The notes under the pieces: generated by a model | What the model was told of the DNA's origin: nothing | The model's database searches: none | Seen by the model: the letters and a program-made list of their open reading frames with translations, nothing else | Position numbers and translations under genes: made by a program | Virus record (IMG/VR): IMGVR_UViG_3300032095_000036 | Coordinates: 1 to 35,503 of that record | Source: a virus | Lineage: Duplodnaviria; Caudoviricetes | Reading direction: 5' to 3' (one strand) | Length of the DNA stretch: 35,503 nt | Part shown: positions 25,790 to 34,736 of the stretch, piece after piece | Layout: every line of letters begins with the position of its first letter | How positions within the stretch are numbered: the stretch's first letter is position 1

Positions 25790-26992
25790 ATGCTCGTACC
25801 GAAATCCTTCACGGACCTGATCACGTTCTCGCGCTCGTCGGCCGGCTGGTATTACAACAGCGCCGGCGTGCTGGTGCAGGCAGGGGCCAACATCCCGCGG
25901 TTCGACCATGATCCGGCAACGCGACGTCCCAAGGGACTCTTGATCGAGGAGACGAGAACCAACTTGCTGCTTCGGTCTCAGGAGTTCGACAATGCCTCTT
26001 GGGGCAGGAATCGGCTTGGCGTGACGGCCAATAGCGCATTGGCTCCTGATGGCACGATGACGGCGGACAAGTTGGTGCCGACGGCCGAGGCCAATAGTCA
26101 CGGCATCGGTCAGAACATCAACCTATCCGGCGCCGTGCAATGTACGTGGTCCGTCTTCGCCAAGGCCGCTGAGTATTTCTACGTTCGGCTTCGCCTATCC
26201 GACTCCGTCGGATTCCTCGGTGACGTGTTGGTGAACCTCAACACCGGCCAGATCGTCAATCCGAATCCCGCCTCGGCAGTGCAATACGTCGGGAATGGCT
26301 GGTATCGAATCTCGATGTCGTTTACCCCGAAGGCGGAGAGCACTTTTGTGGCGCATGGGGTGTGGGTGTATGACGAGAACCAGAACGCGAGCTTCGCCGG
26401 CGATGGAGTGAAAGGGGTGTACGCATGGGGCGCGCAGGTAGAGCAAGGTTACTTCCTGACCAGCTATATCCCGACCGCTGCCGCGCAAGTCACTCGAAAC
26501 GCCGATTTCGCGAGGATCGCAGATCTCGCGAAGATGTACTTTGTGGGAGGGAAGGGGACGATGGTCGTCGAGGCGGATGTCGGTGCCTTGGGAAATGCGG
26601 CCGTGTCCGCCAACGCCTTCCCTCACGTGGCTGCCCTGACAAAGAACAACAGCATTGGCGCCGGTGACTATGCTGCCATGCGTCTGTCCCCAGCCACGCC
26701 GGTCGGCATCATCGGTAATGCCGGGGTCTACAACACCCGAAGCCTTGGAGATGACGCAGCCCCCGGCCAAGTACTGAAGCTGGCGCTGGCCGGCGACGGC
26801 AATGACATTGTGCTCGCCCGCGGTGGCGTGCTTTCTTCCCCATTCCCTGGCGGAGCATGGCCGACTGACGTATCCGAGCTGTGGCTCGGCTCTCAAGGCG
26901 GCGGTTCTCGCTTCTGGAACGGCTGGATCCGGTCGCTGCGGTACTGGCCGTATCGCCTCTCCAACGCTGAACTGCAGGCTCTCACGGCATGA
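25790..26992 (+). CDS. Accessory fibre/spike protein with lectin-like (LamG-type) C-terminus, inserted between L and K
   Basis: ITFSRSS..YYN..G.L......PRFDHDP...GLLIEE.RTNLL; WGAQVE...TSYIPT; NGWIRSLRYWP.RLSNAELQALT. Confidence 0.75.
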   Translation: MLVPKSFTDLITFSRSSAGWYYNSAGVLVQAGANIPRFDHDPATRRPKGLLIEETRTNLLLRSQEFDNASWGRNRLGVTANSALAPDGTMTADKLVPTAEANSHGIGQNINLSGAVQCTWSVFAKAAEYFYVRLRLSDSVGFLGDVLVNLNTGQIVNPNPASAVQYVGNGWYRISMSFTPKAESTFVAHGVWVYDENQNASFAGDGVKGVYAWGAQVEQGYFLTSYIPTAAAQVTRNADFARIADLAKMYFVGGKGTMVVEADVGALGNAAVSANAFPHVAALTKNNSIGAGDYAAMRLSPATPVGIIGNAGVYNTRSLGDDAAPGQVLKLALAGDGNDIVLARGGVLSSPFPGGAWPTDVSELWLGSQGGGSRFWNGWIRSLRYWPYRLSNAELQALTA

Positions 26993-27288
26993 CCTTCCAT
27001 GACTACTACCTGCGCGCCGTCAACGAGGCGGCCGCTGTGGATGCGCTCGCATCCGCCGGGCTGCTGATCGACGGTGAGCCGGCGCAAGGTGTTGCGCTGT
27101 CGGCCATCGGCACGATTTACGAGGGCGGGCAGTACGACGCCGAAGGTGAGGTACTGGCCGAGCCGGTGGCTATCCCGGGCTGGCACATCAACCTGCGGCT
27201 GGAGCGCGAATTGACCGCGGCGGAAACCTCTGCGCTGGCCGGCCTGCTGATCGACGCGCCGGCAACACCGATTCGAGTGTGGGCATGA
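26989..27288 (+). CDS. Small partner protein of the accessory fibre
   Basis: DYYLRA...IGTIY...PGWHINLR...PATPIRVWA; ATGA coupling. Confidence 0.7.
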   Translation: MTFHDYYLRAVNEAAAVDALASAGLLIDGEPAQGVALSAIGTIYEGGQYDAEGEVLAEPVAIPGWHINLRLERELTAAETSALAGLLIDAPATPIRVWA

Positions 27289-27989
27289 ACGCCGAGACGC
27301 TGAGCGCCGCGCGAGCGCACGCGCAGGCGGAGTATCCGCGCGAGGCCTGTGGTCTGGTCGTCGTGGTCAAGGGTCGAGAGCGCTTTGTCCCGTGCCGCAA
27401 CGTCGCCGAAGGCTCGGAGCACTTCGTGCTGCCGGCGGAGGACTACGCCGCGGCGGAAGACATGGGCGAAGTTATCGCGGTGGTTCACAGCCACCCGGAC
27501 GCGCCAGCCGCGCCGAGCGAGGCCGACATGGTGAGCTGCGAGGCGTCGGGGCTGCCATGGCACATCGTGTCCTGGCCCGCGGACGACCTTCGCACAATTA
27601 CGCCGAGCGGCTACCAAGCGCCGTTGGTCGGCCGGCAGTTCGCGCATGGTGTGCTGGACTGCTACACGCTCGTGCGCGACTGGTATCAGCGCGAGCGTGG
27701 CATCACGCTGCCCGACTTCCCGCGCCGGGACGACTGGTGGCAGTACGGCGAGGACCTGTACATGCAGCACTACGCCGAGGCCGGCTTCGTCGCCGTGTCG
27801 CAGGACCAGCCGGAGGTGCCGGGCGACGTCATTCTGATGCAGCTGCGCGCGCCGGTGCCGAACCACGCCGGTGTTTATCTGGGCGACGGCACGATGCTGC
27901 ATCACCTGCATGGGCGCCTCTCATCGCGGGACGTCTACGGCGGCTACTGGCGCGAGATCACCCGGTGTGTTCTGAGGTATCGACGATGA
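27285..27989 (+). CDS. Tail tip protein K (JAB plus NlpC/P60)
   Basis: YPREACG, VHSHPD..PSEAD, DCYTLVRDWY, NHAGVY. Confidence 0.95.
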   Translation: MNAETLSAARAHAQAEYPREACGLVVVVKGRERFVPCRNVAEGSEHFVLPAEDYAAAEDMGEVIAVVHSHPDAPAAPSEADMVSCEASGLPWHIVSWPADDLRTITPSGYQAPLVGRQFAHGVLDCYTLVRDWYQRERGITLPDFPRRDDWWQYGEDLYMQHYAEAGFVAVSQDQPEVPGDVILMQLRAPVPNHAGVYLGDGTMLHHLHGRLSSRDVYGGYWREITRCVLRYRR

Positions 27990-28594
27990 GCGAGAAGGTC
28001 CGAACGATTCGGCTGTATGGCTATCTGGGCGCGCGCTTCGGGCGCATCCACCGTCTCGCGGTGTCCAGCGCTGCGGAGGCGGTGCGCGCGCTCGGCGTGA
28101 TGGTCCCCGGCTTTCATGCGGAGCTGATCAGCAGCCGCGACCGCGGCATCCGATATGCCGTGTTCGTTGGCAAACAGAACCTGGGCAAGGACGAGCTGGT
28201 GCTGCCGCCTGGCCGCGATGACATCCGGATTGCCCCGGTGCTGCAGGGGGCGAAACGAGGCGGCCTGTTTCAAACGCTCCTCGGCGTGGCGTTGATCGCC
28301 GCCGCGACGATCACAGCCGGCGGCCTGGGCGCTGCATTCACGTCGAATGGCCTTATCGGCGCGACCGCGATGATGGGCGCATCGATGGCGCTGGGCGGAA
28401 TCGTGCAGATGCTGTCGCCTCAGCCCGGCGGTCTGTCGGCCAGCGACAGGCCGGAGAACAAGCCGAGCTACGGCTTCAATGGGCCGGTCAACACGTCGGC
28501 GCAGGGTGGGCCGGTGCCGTTGTTTTACGGCGGGCCCCTGACCGTCGGCAGCGCGGTCATCTCTGCCGGCATCTACGCCGAGGATCAGACCTGA
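27986..28594 (+). CDS. Tail assembly protein I
   Basis: IRLYGYLGARFGR, SYGFNGPVNTSAQGGPVP. Confidence 0.9.
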   Translation: MSEKVRTIRLYGYLGARFGRIHRLAVSSAAEAVRALGVMVPGFHAELISSRDRGIRYAVFVGKQNLGKDELVLPPGRDDIRIAPVLQGAKRGGLFQTLLGVALIAAATITAGGLGAAFTSNGLIGATAMMGASMALGGIVQMLSPQPGGLSASDRPENKPSYGFNGPVNTSAQGGPVPLFYGGPLTVGSAVISAGIYAEDQT

Positions 28595-28620
28595 TCTGAT
28601 CGCCCCTGATTCACCCTCCA

Positions 28621-28644
28621 GCCCCGCCATGTGCGGGGCTTTTT
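28621..28644 (+). terminator. Intrinsic terminator between I and J
   Basis: GCCCCGC-CATGT-GCGGGGC-TTTTT. Confidence 0.7.
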
Positions 28645-28657
28645 CATTAGTACGGCA

Positions 28658-31600
28658 ATGCGCGCAGACATCATCGGCTATGGCGGTGGCGGCAAGGGCG
28701 GCGGCGGCGGCCGCGCGCCCGTGGAGAGCCCGGACAGCCTCAACTCGATCGCCTATGCCCGTGTGCTGGATCTGATTTCGGAGGGTGAGATCCGGGGGCT
28801 GGTCAACGGCCTGCAGAGCGTCTACCTGAACGAGACGCCTCTCATCAACCCTGACGGCTCGGCGAACTTCCAGAACGTCTCGGTTGCCTACCGGCTGGGC
28901 ACGCAGGATCAGGAATACATTCCGGGCTTTCCGGCGGCGGAGAGCGAGACCGCGGTGGGCGTGACACTGACGTCCAGCACGCCGTGGACCCGGTCGGTCA
29001 ACAACACCGAACTGTCCGCTGTCCGCATCCGGCTGTCCGTGCCGGCGCTGTCAAAGACCAACACCACAAACGGCGACATCACCGGCTACAAGATCGAGTA
29101 CGCAATCGACCTGGCGACCGATGGTGGCAGCTTTCAGCAAGTCATGTCGTCCGCCTTCGACGGCAAGACGACCAACAAGTACGAGCGCAGCCACCGAATT
29201 GATCTACCGCCGGCGACCACTGGCTGGACGGTGCGCGTGCGCCGTATCACGCCGAACGCGAACAGCGGCACGATCGCCGACATCACCATCGTCGAGTCGA
29301 TCACCGAAATCATCGACGCGAAGCTGCGGTACCCGAACAGCGCAATCGTCGGCATTCAGATCGATGCCCGCCAGTTCAACTCGGTGCCGACCCGTGCTTA
29401 TGACATCTATGGGCGAGTCATCCGGGTGCCGAGCAACTACGACCCGGAGAGCCGGACCTACGCCGGCACCTGGGACGGCACGTTCAAGGTGGCGTGGACG
29501 AACAACCCGGCGTGGGTCTTCTACGACCTCGTGCTGAACCCGCGCTACGGTCTGGGCGATCGCATCAACGCGGCGATGGTCGACAAGTGGAGCCTGTACC
29601 AGATCGGCCAGTATTGCGACGAGATGGTGCCGGACGGGAAGGGTGGCCAGGAGCCTCGCTTCACCTGCAACCTGTACCTGCAGACGCGCGCCGAAGCCTA
29701 CAAGGTTCTGCAGGACATCGCGTCGATCTTCCGCGGCATGTCCTACTGGGCGGCCGGCAATGTGATTGCCGTGGCCGACATGCCGAAGGACCCGGTCTAC
29801 ACCTTCACCGCGGCCAACGTGGTGGATGGCAAGTTTCGGTACGCCGGCACGGCGCGCAAGGCCCGCAAAACCGTGGCGTTGGTCAGCTGGAACGACCCGT
29901 CCGACTTCGGGCGCGCCAAGGTCGAATACGTGCCCGACGAGGAGGGGATCGCGCGTTACGGTGTGCGCGAGACCGAAGTCACGGCCATCGGTTGCACTAG
30001 CCAGGGTCAGGCACAGCGCCTGGGACAGTGGATCCTGCTGACGTCGCGCTACGAGACGGAGACCGTATCGTTCTCGGTCGGCATGGACCATGCGCTGGTG
30101 CAGCCCGGGAGCATCGTGCGCATTGCCGATCCGTCCCGCGCCGGCCGGCGCATCGGCGGCCGCATCCGCTCGGCGAGCGGCAACTCGGTGACGCTGGATA
30201 AGGCGGACCAGGTGGCAGTGGGCGACACGCTCATCGTCACGTTGCCTTCCGGCGTGGCACAGAGCCGCACGATCGGGGCGGTGGATGGGAACACCGTCAC
30301 GGTGACCGGCGCGTGGAGCGAGCCACTCAAGCCGCAATCGGTGTGGGCAGTGGAGAGCGCCGAGCTGAAGACGCAACTCTTCCGGATCATCTCGATCGCC
30401 GAAGGCGACGGCATCAACGCGGACATCACGGCGCTGCAGTATGAGCCGCAGAAGTTCGGCGCGGTCGACCACGGCACGCGCATCGATCCGCGGCCGATCA
30501 CCGTGATTCCGCCGTCGGTGCAGCCGCCGGCTACCAACGTTGCGCTGTCGACCTATTCGACCATCGACCAGGGGATTGCCGTCACGACGATGGTGATCAG
30601 CTGGACGCCGGCCGACAAGGCAATCGCCTACGAGGTCGAATGGCGGCGCGACAACAGCGAATGGGTGAGGGCAGGCCGCACTGGCTCGCAGAGCCTCGAG
30701 GTGCGGGGCATCTACGCCGGCACCTATGTGGCCCGCGTGCGCGCCATCAACGCGCTGGACGTGCCGTCGATCCCGGCCTACTCGCCGGAGACCGTGCTGC
30801 AGGGCAAGACCAGCCCGCCGCCGGCCGTGACGTCGCTGGTGGCCACCGGCCTGATCTTCGCGATCCGGCTGGACTGGGGTTTCCCGACCGGGCCACTGGA
30901 CGTGGAGCGGACCGAGATCTGGTACAGCCAGACGAACAGCCGGGAGGACGCCATCAAGATGGCGGACTTCGCCTACCCGCAGAACAGCCACACGATCATG
31001 GGGCTGGCGGCGGGAGCGACGCTGTACTTCTGGGCGCGTCTGATCGACAAGAGCGGAAACGTTGGTCCGTGGTATCCGAACACGAACAATGGCGTGGCGG
31101 GGCAGGCCAGCTCGGATGCAACCGAGATCCTCGACTACCTGGCAGGGCAGATCGGCGAGACACAGCTCGCGCAGGACCTTATCTCGAAGATCGATCGGAT
31201 CGACCCGCCGTTCGCCGGCAGCATCGACGACTACGCGGGCGACTCGGGTGTCTTCGCTGGGATCGTGTCGGTGCAGTCGCTGATGCAGGAGGCCGACATG
31301 GCGTTGGCCGCGCAGCAGACCACGCTGCAGGCCACGCTCGACGGCAACACCGCGCAGGTGCAGACCACCGCGCAGGCGTTGGTCGCGCTCGACGGGAAGA
31401 TCTCGGCATCGTACACGATCAAGGTCGGAGTCACCGCGGACGGTAAGTACTACGGCGCCGGCATGGCGATCGGGCTCGACAACGAAAGCGGCGTCGTGCA
31501 GTCGCAGGTGCTGTTCCAGGCTGACCGGTTCGCGCTGCTCAATCTGGTCAACGGCCAGATCTCGGCGCCGTTCGTCATCCAGAACGGGCAGACCTTCATC

Positions 31601-31837
31601 AACCAGGCATTCATCGGCAATGCCTCGATCGGGTCGGCGAAGTTTGCCGACTGGCTCGAATCTGACGCCGTGAACAGTCTGGGACAACGGGTGCTGAGGC
31701 TGAACTTCCGGACGGGTGCCATCGAGTTCAACGCTGCCAATGGCTCAGGCCGGCGCGAAAGCCGGGCCACCTACGAGAAGTACTTCAACGGCTCGGAGAG
31801 CTTTCCCCGGGTGCAGATCGGCGATCTGAGCGCGTGA
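28658..31837 (+). CDS. Central tail fibre / host specificity protein J
   Basis: DLISEGEI.GL, WTNNPAW, FNIII region, C-terminal coiled coil and DUF1983-like region. Confidence 0.95.
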   Translation: MRADIIGYGGGGKGGGGGRAPVESPDSLNSIAYARVLDLISEGEIRGLVNGLQSVYLNETPLINPDGSANFQNVSVAYRLGTQDQEYIPGFPAAESETAVGVTLTSSTPWTRSVNNTELSAVRIRLSVPALSKTNTTNGDITGYKIEYAIDLATDGGSFQQVMSSAFDGKTTNKYERSHRIDLPPATTGWTVRVRRITPNANSGTIADITIVESITEIIDAKLRYPNSAIVGIQIDARQFNSVPTRAYDIYGRVIRVPSNYDPESRTYAGTWDGTFKVAWTNNPAWVFYDLVLNPRYGLGDRINAAMVDKWSLYQIGQYCDEMVPDGKGGQEPRFTCNLYLQTRAEAYKVLQDIASIFRGMSYWAAGNVIAVADMPKDPVYTFTAANVVDGKFRYAGTARKARKTVALVSWNDPSDFGRAKVEYVPDEEGIARYGVRETEVTAIGCTSQGQAQRLGQWILLTSRYETETVSFSVGMDHALVQPGSIVRIADPSRAGRRIGGRIRSASGNSVTLDKADQVAVGDTLIVTLPSGVAQSRTIGAVDGNTVTVTGAWSEPLKPQSVWAVESAELKTQLFRIISIAEGDGINADITALQYEPQKFGAVDHGTRIDPRPITVIPPSVQPPATNVALSTYSTIDQGIAVTTMVISWTPADKAIAYEVEWRRDNSEWVRAGRTGSQSLEVRGIYAGTYVARVRAINALDVPSIPAYSPETVLQGKTSPPPAVTSLVATGLIFAIRLDWGFPTGPLDVERTEIWYSQTNSREDAIKMADFAYPQNSHTIMGLAAGATLYFWARLIDKSGNVGPWYPNTNNGVAGQASSDATEILDYLAGQIGETQLAQDLISKIDRIDPPFAGSIDDYAGDSGVFAGIVSVQSLMQEADMALAAQQTTLQATLDGNTAQVQTTAQALVALDGKISASYTIKVGVTADGKYYGAGMAIGLDNESGVVQSQVLFQADRFALLNLVNGQISAPFVIQNGQTFINQAFIGNASIGSAKFADWLESDAVNSLGQRVLRLNFRTGAIEFNAANGSGRRESRATYEKYFNGSESFPRVQIGDLSA

Positions 31838-31838
31838 T

Positions 31839-32126
31839 ATGGCCACCTACGGAATCAGAGTTCGAGATGCCGCGGGCAATATCACGCTCGACACCAGCTA
31901 TCGTGCCGGGCGGATCATCGGCATGCTTCAAAGCGGAACGAACCCGGGGAGCATCAACGTCCCGGGTTTCTCTCAAGGAGAAGGGTTCGCGATCGCGGTG
32001 CCATTCCAAGGTTCAGGTGTGTTCTGTCCTACTGTTACCGTGTCTGGGACAACCCTGTCATGGGACTGGAATGGCAATGGAATTGGGTACCGTTCCGATT
32101 CCCTAATTGTCTATGGTGTCCGCTGA
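31839..32126 (+). CDS. Tail-tip associated protein downstream of J
   Basis: YGIRVRDAAGNITLD...IVYGVR. Confidence 0.75.
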   Translation: MATYGIRVRDAAGNITLDTSYRAGRIIGMLQSGTNPGSINVPGFSQGEGFAIAVPFQGSGVFCPTVTVSGTTLSWDWNGNGIGYRSDSLIVYGVR

Positions 32127-32809
32127 TGTCGTTTGGCTTCCGAGTTCTTAACGACTGGGGGACGGTGCTGATTGACGACACGTTCGCCAATCTTGCGCTC
32201 ATGTCCATCACCAACTACACGACGGTGCCCACGACCAGGTGGGGCGGGAGCGATCTGACGTTCTCGTTCACGTCCCAGTTTCCGATCTTCGCGTTCCGGT
32301 GCGAGACGGCTTATGCGACCGTCATTTCTGTCCATCAGAGTGGGAATACCTATACGGTCGGCATGCGGTGTTCTGGTAGTCCGGGGACCGCGATTCGGGT
32401 CTATCTGTTCGATCGTCCAACGGCGCCGACGAGCGGCTGGGGGATCAGGGTACGCGACGGAAATGGAGCCATCACATTTGACTCGGGGTATTCGTACATG
32501 CGCCTCGACGGCGTGTATGCGACCGACTACGTGTGGCAGGCAAAGACATGGACGCTCCCAGCGGGAAAGCAGTACGCCGTAGTGCAAGGCGGGCTTATCT
32601 ACAACTCCCAATGGATTTCACCTGTGCCGCCGACGGATCCGGGTGCGCGGGGGGACATCGTCACAGAAGTCAGCGGCGTGAAGCTCCAAGGGAACATCAT
32701 GGAGGCCTACTACTACATCGAGCACGTGATCCCGAGCCAGCCCTTCTACAGCGGCGCGTACGGTGGCATTGCGTCGTATCTACTCGTCGACGTGACAAAC
32801 ATGGGATAG
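32126..32809 (+). CDS. Tail-tip associated, possible receptor-binding protein
   Basis: FGFRVLND.G..LID, WGIRVRDGNGAITFDS, LLVDVT; TGATG coupling. Confidence 0.75.
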   Translation: MSFGFRVLNDWGTVLIDDTFANLALMSITNYTTVPTTRWGGSDLTFSFTSQFPIFAFRCETAYATVISVHQSGNTYTVGMRCSGSPGTAIRVYLFDRPTAPTSGWGIRVRDGNGAITFDSGYSYMRLDGVYATDYVWQAKTWTLPAGKQYAVVQGGLIYNSQWISPVPPTDPGARGDIVTEVSGVKLQGNIMEAYYYIEHVIPSQPFYSGAYGGIASYLLVDVTNMG

Positions 32810-33088
32810 CTATTCGCTGCCGATCTTGAACGACCTGCCGCCGAGGGAGCGAATGCGAAGGATCTCCGCGTCCTTGGCCGCTTTGTCGGCCTGGATCATG
32901 CGAGCGCGAGCGTCGGCGCAGCTTGCCGCTTTTGCCTCCAGACAGTCGTAATAGGCCTTGCCAGCGCTGCGCGCGATTTGCGCTGGATCGTTCGGGTTTG
33001 GCTCGATGGCGCGAGGCGCGTACGAACCGCAAGCGCAGAGAGTGGCTGCAACCAGCGTCGCCGGCGCAAGGGTGAAGATGCCTTTCAT
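32810..33088 (-). CDS. Small lipoprotein moron (cor-like position)
   Basis: Signal peptide with lipobox LCAC; GAGGG RBS; convergent with the tail operon. Confidence 0.75.
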   Translation of the reverse strand: MKGIFTLAPATLVAATLCACGSYAPRAIEPNPNDPAQIARSAGKAYYDCLEAKAASCADARARMIQADKAAKDAEILRIRSLGGRSFKIGSE

Positions 33089-33185
33089 TGTGACCCTCGG
33101 TGTTTCTCGTTTTGGTGTTCTCGGCCTATGCCGGCACCGTCATGGTACTGACGGCACAGCAATGAAGTACCCCACCATCGTGGGA

Positions 33186-33226
33186 TGCAGACGCTTCTGC
33201 AGGCCTTCATCAGAGGCGTCTGCAGG
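33186..33226. promoter_or_regulatory. Tandem TGCAGA-N4-TCTGCA operators
   Basis: TGCAGACGCTTCTGCA 33186-33201 (perfect) and ATCAGAGGCGTCTGCA 33209-33224 (10/12), 23 bp apart. Confidence 0.65.
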
Positions 33227-33294
33227 ATCGTAGTGAGAGGTAAGGCGGTTTACAAGCGACACGAGTCGCACGGCGGCGAGCCCGCCAGAAAGAC

Positions 33295-33335
33295 GAAAGC
33301 CCTGGCTGCGCGAACAGTCCAGGGCTTTCTTGTTT
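33295..33335 (+). terminator. Strong hairpin (terminator/attenuator) in the leader of the IRWW peptides
   Basis: GAAAGCCCTGG...CCAGGGCTTTC followed by TTGTTT. Confidence 0.6.
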
Positions 33336-33369
33336 CCACCCCTTGGATCGGACAAGGAGCAGAACCTGA

Positions 33370-33516
33370 ATGAAGTATAGCAAGGGGAAGTTTCGCATGA
33401 CAAAGGAAGGTATCGACCTCGAGGCAGTGATCTCGCCATGGCTGAGAGCATGCATCGGCATTGCGATCTTGCTTCTGGCAGCCACACCGCTGGTCTACGT
33501 CATTCGCTGGTGGTGA
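33370..33516 (+). CDS. 48-aa single-TM peptide ending in IRWW
   Basis: MKYSKGKFRMTKEGIDLEAVISPWLRACIGIAILLLAATPLVYVIRWW; AAGGAG RBS. Confidence 0.7.
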   Translation: MKYSKGKFRMTKEGIDLEAVISPWLRACIGIAILLLAATPLVYVIRWW

Positions 33517-33519
33517 GCG

Positions 33520-33657
33520 ATGAAGGTCACGGGCGAACTCGACGCAGAGGGAGCGAAGCAGTACGCCGCGCGGCTCGGCGTGGCTTACGTGATCGGCTCC
33601 ATCGGTGCGGTGTCCGCTGGCATTGCCGCCTTGGTTTGGGCGATCCGCTGGTGGTGA
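33520..33657 (+). CDS. 45-aa single-TM peptide ending in IRWW
   Basis: MKVTGELDAEGAKQYAARLGVAYVIGSIGAVSAGIAALVWAIRWW; starts 3 nt after the previous stop. Confidence 0.7.
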   Translation: MKVTGELDAEGAKQYAARLGVAYVIGSIGAVSAGIAALVWAIRWW

Positions 33658-33682
33658 GTGCCAGCGCGACGCTATCTTAGAG

Positions 33683-33706
33683 GCCCGCCACAGAGCGGGC
33701 ATTTTC
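33683..33706 (+). terminator. Terminator after the IRWW peptides
   Basis: GCCCGC-CACAGA-GCGGGC-ATTTT. Confidence 0.65.
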
Positions 33707-33722
33707 ATTTCTCGGGGCCTAA

Positions 33723-33941
33723 ATGCGACAGATCAATCCCGTCGAAGCAACCAGCTACGCTGGCGCCATCACGTCCATCGGTGCGTCTCTCACGCTCACC
33801 GACATCGGCATCATTGTCGGCATCGTGACGGCGCTCCTGACCTTCGGGCTCAATGCCTGGTACATGCGCCGGAAGGACAGTCGCGAAGTCGAGGAGCACG
33901 CGGCCCGGATGCGATCGCTCGGAGGCAACCATGAAGAATGA
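33723..33941 (+). CDS. Holin
   Basis: 72 aa, TM segment IGIIVGIVTALLTFGLNAWY, basic tail; precedes the endolysin. Confidence 0.8.
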   Translation: MRQINPVEATSYAGAITSIGASLTLTDIGIIVGIVTALLTFGLNAWYMRRKDSREVEEHAARMRSLGGNHEE

Positions 33942-34386
33942 CCTCCGCGCGCGGCTGATTGCGACCGGTATTGCTGCGGCCGTCCCGCTTGTTGCTGCGT
34001 TTGAGGGGCTGCGCCGAACTGCTTACCTGGACCCGGTCGGTATCCCGACGGCATGCTTCGGCGCGACGAAGGGAGTCCGGCTCGGCCAGGTCTACACGCG
34101 CGAGCAGTGCGACGACCTACTGGCGAAGGATCTGCTTGAGGCGAATGCTGGCGTCGACTCGTGCGTGCGCGTGCCACTCACCGTTGGCCAGCGAACCGCA
34201 TTCGTGTCGTTCACCTACAACGTCGGGCGTGGCGCGTTCTGCGGGTCGACGCTGGTCCGCAAGCTGAACGCCGGCGACTACGTGGGCGCCTGCAATGAGC
34301 TGCCGCGCTGGGTCTACGCCAAGGGCGTGAAACTTCCCGGGCTTGTGAACCGTCGCGAGCAGGAGAGGGCGCTATGCCTTGGGTGA
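33931..34386 (+). CDS. GH24 lysozyme, probable SAR endolysin
   Basis: N-terminal Ala/Gly-rich segment then E-x8-D-x5-T (FEGLRRTAYLDPVGIPT); FTYNVG; GLVNRR. Confidence 0.9.
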   Translation: MKNDLRARLIATGIAAAVPLVAAFEGLRRTAYLDPVGIPTACFGATKGVRLGQVYTREQCDDLLAKDLLEANAGVDSCVRVPLTVGQRTAFVSFTYNVGRGAFCGSTLVRKLNAGDYVGACNELPRWVYAKGVKLPGLVNRREQERALCLG

Positions 34387-34736
34387 AGATCGGAATCGGA
34401 GCCGGCGTGCTGGCGCTCGCCTTCCTGGCAGGCTGGTGGGTCAACGGCTGGCGCAAGGATGCGGAGCTGGCCGAGCTGACTGCGGCTCGCGCGCAGGCCG
34501 ACCTAGCGACGGCGAATCAGGCGCTCGGCGATCTGAGGGCCGCCGGCGCTGACATCCGTGCCCGGGCCGACGAGTACCGCGGCATCACCACCGAGCTGGG
34601 CGCCGCGGCCAGCGCCATCCGGAAGGAACTGAAGAATGCGAAGCCTTTGCCTGCTGATTGCCGCCCTGACGATTTCCGGGTGCGCAAGCTGTCCGACGCC
34701 GTCGACGCTGCCAAGCGTGCCGCCGCCGCTCGATAG
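34374..34736 (+). CDS. Inner-membrane spanin (Rz-like)
   Basis: N-terminal TM, coiled coil, PADC. Confidence 0.8.
   Translation: MPWVKIGIGAGVLALAFLAGWWVNGWRKDAELAELTAARAQADLATANQALGDLRAAGADIRARADEYRGITTELGAAASAIRKELKNAKPLPADCRPDDFRVRKLSDAVDAAKRAAAAR

Noticed and set aside
33186-33224. 14-bp inverted repeat as an RNA hairpin or antitoxin
   Set aside because: More simply a by-product of two adjacent palindromic operators
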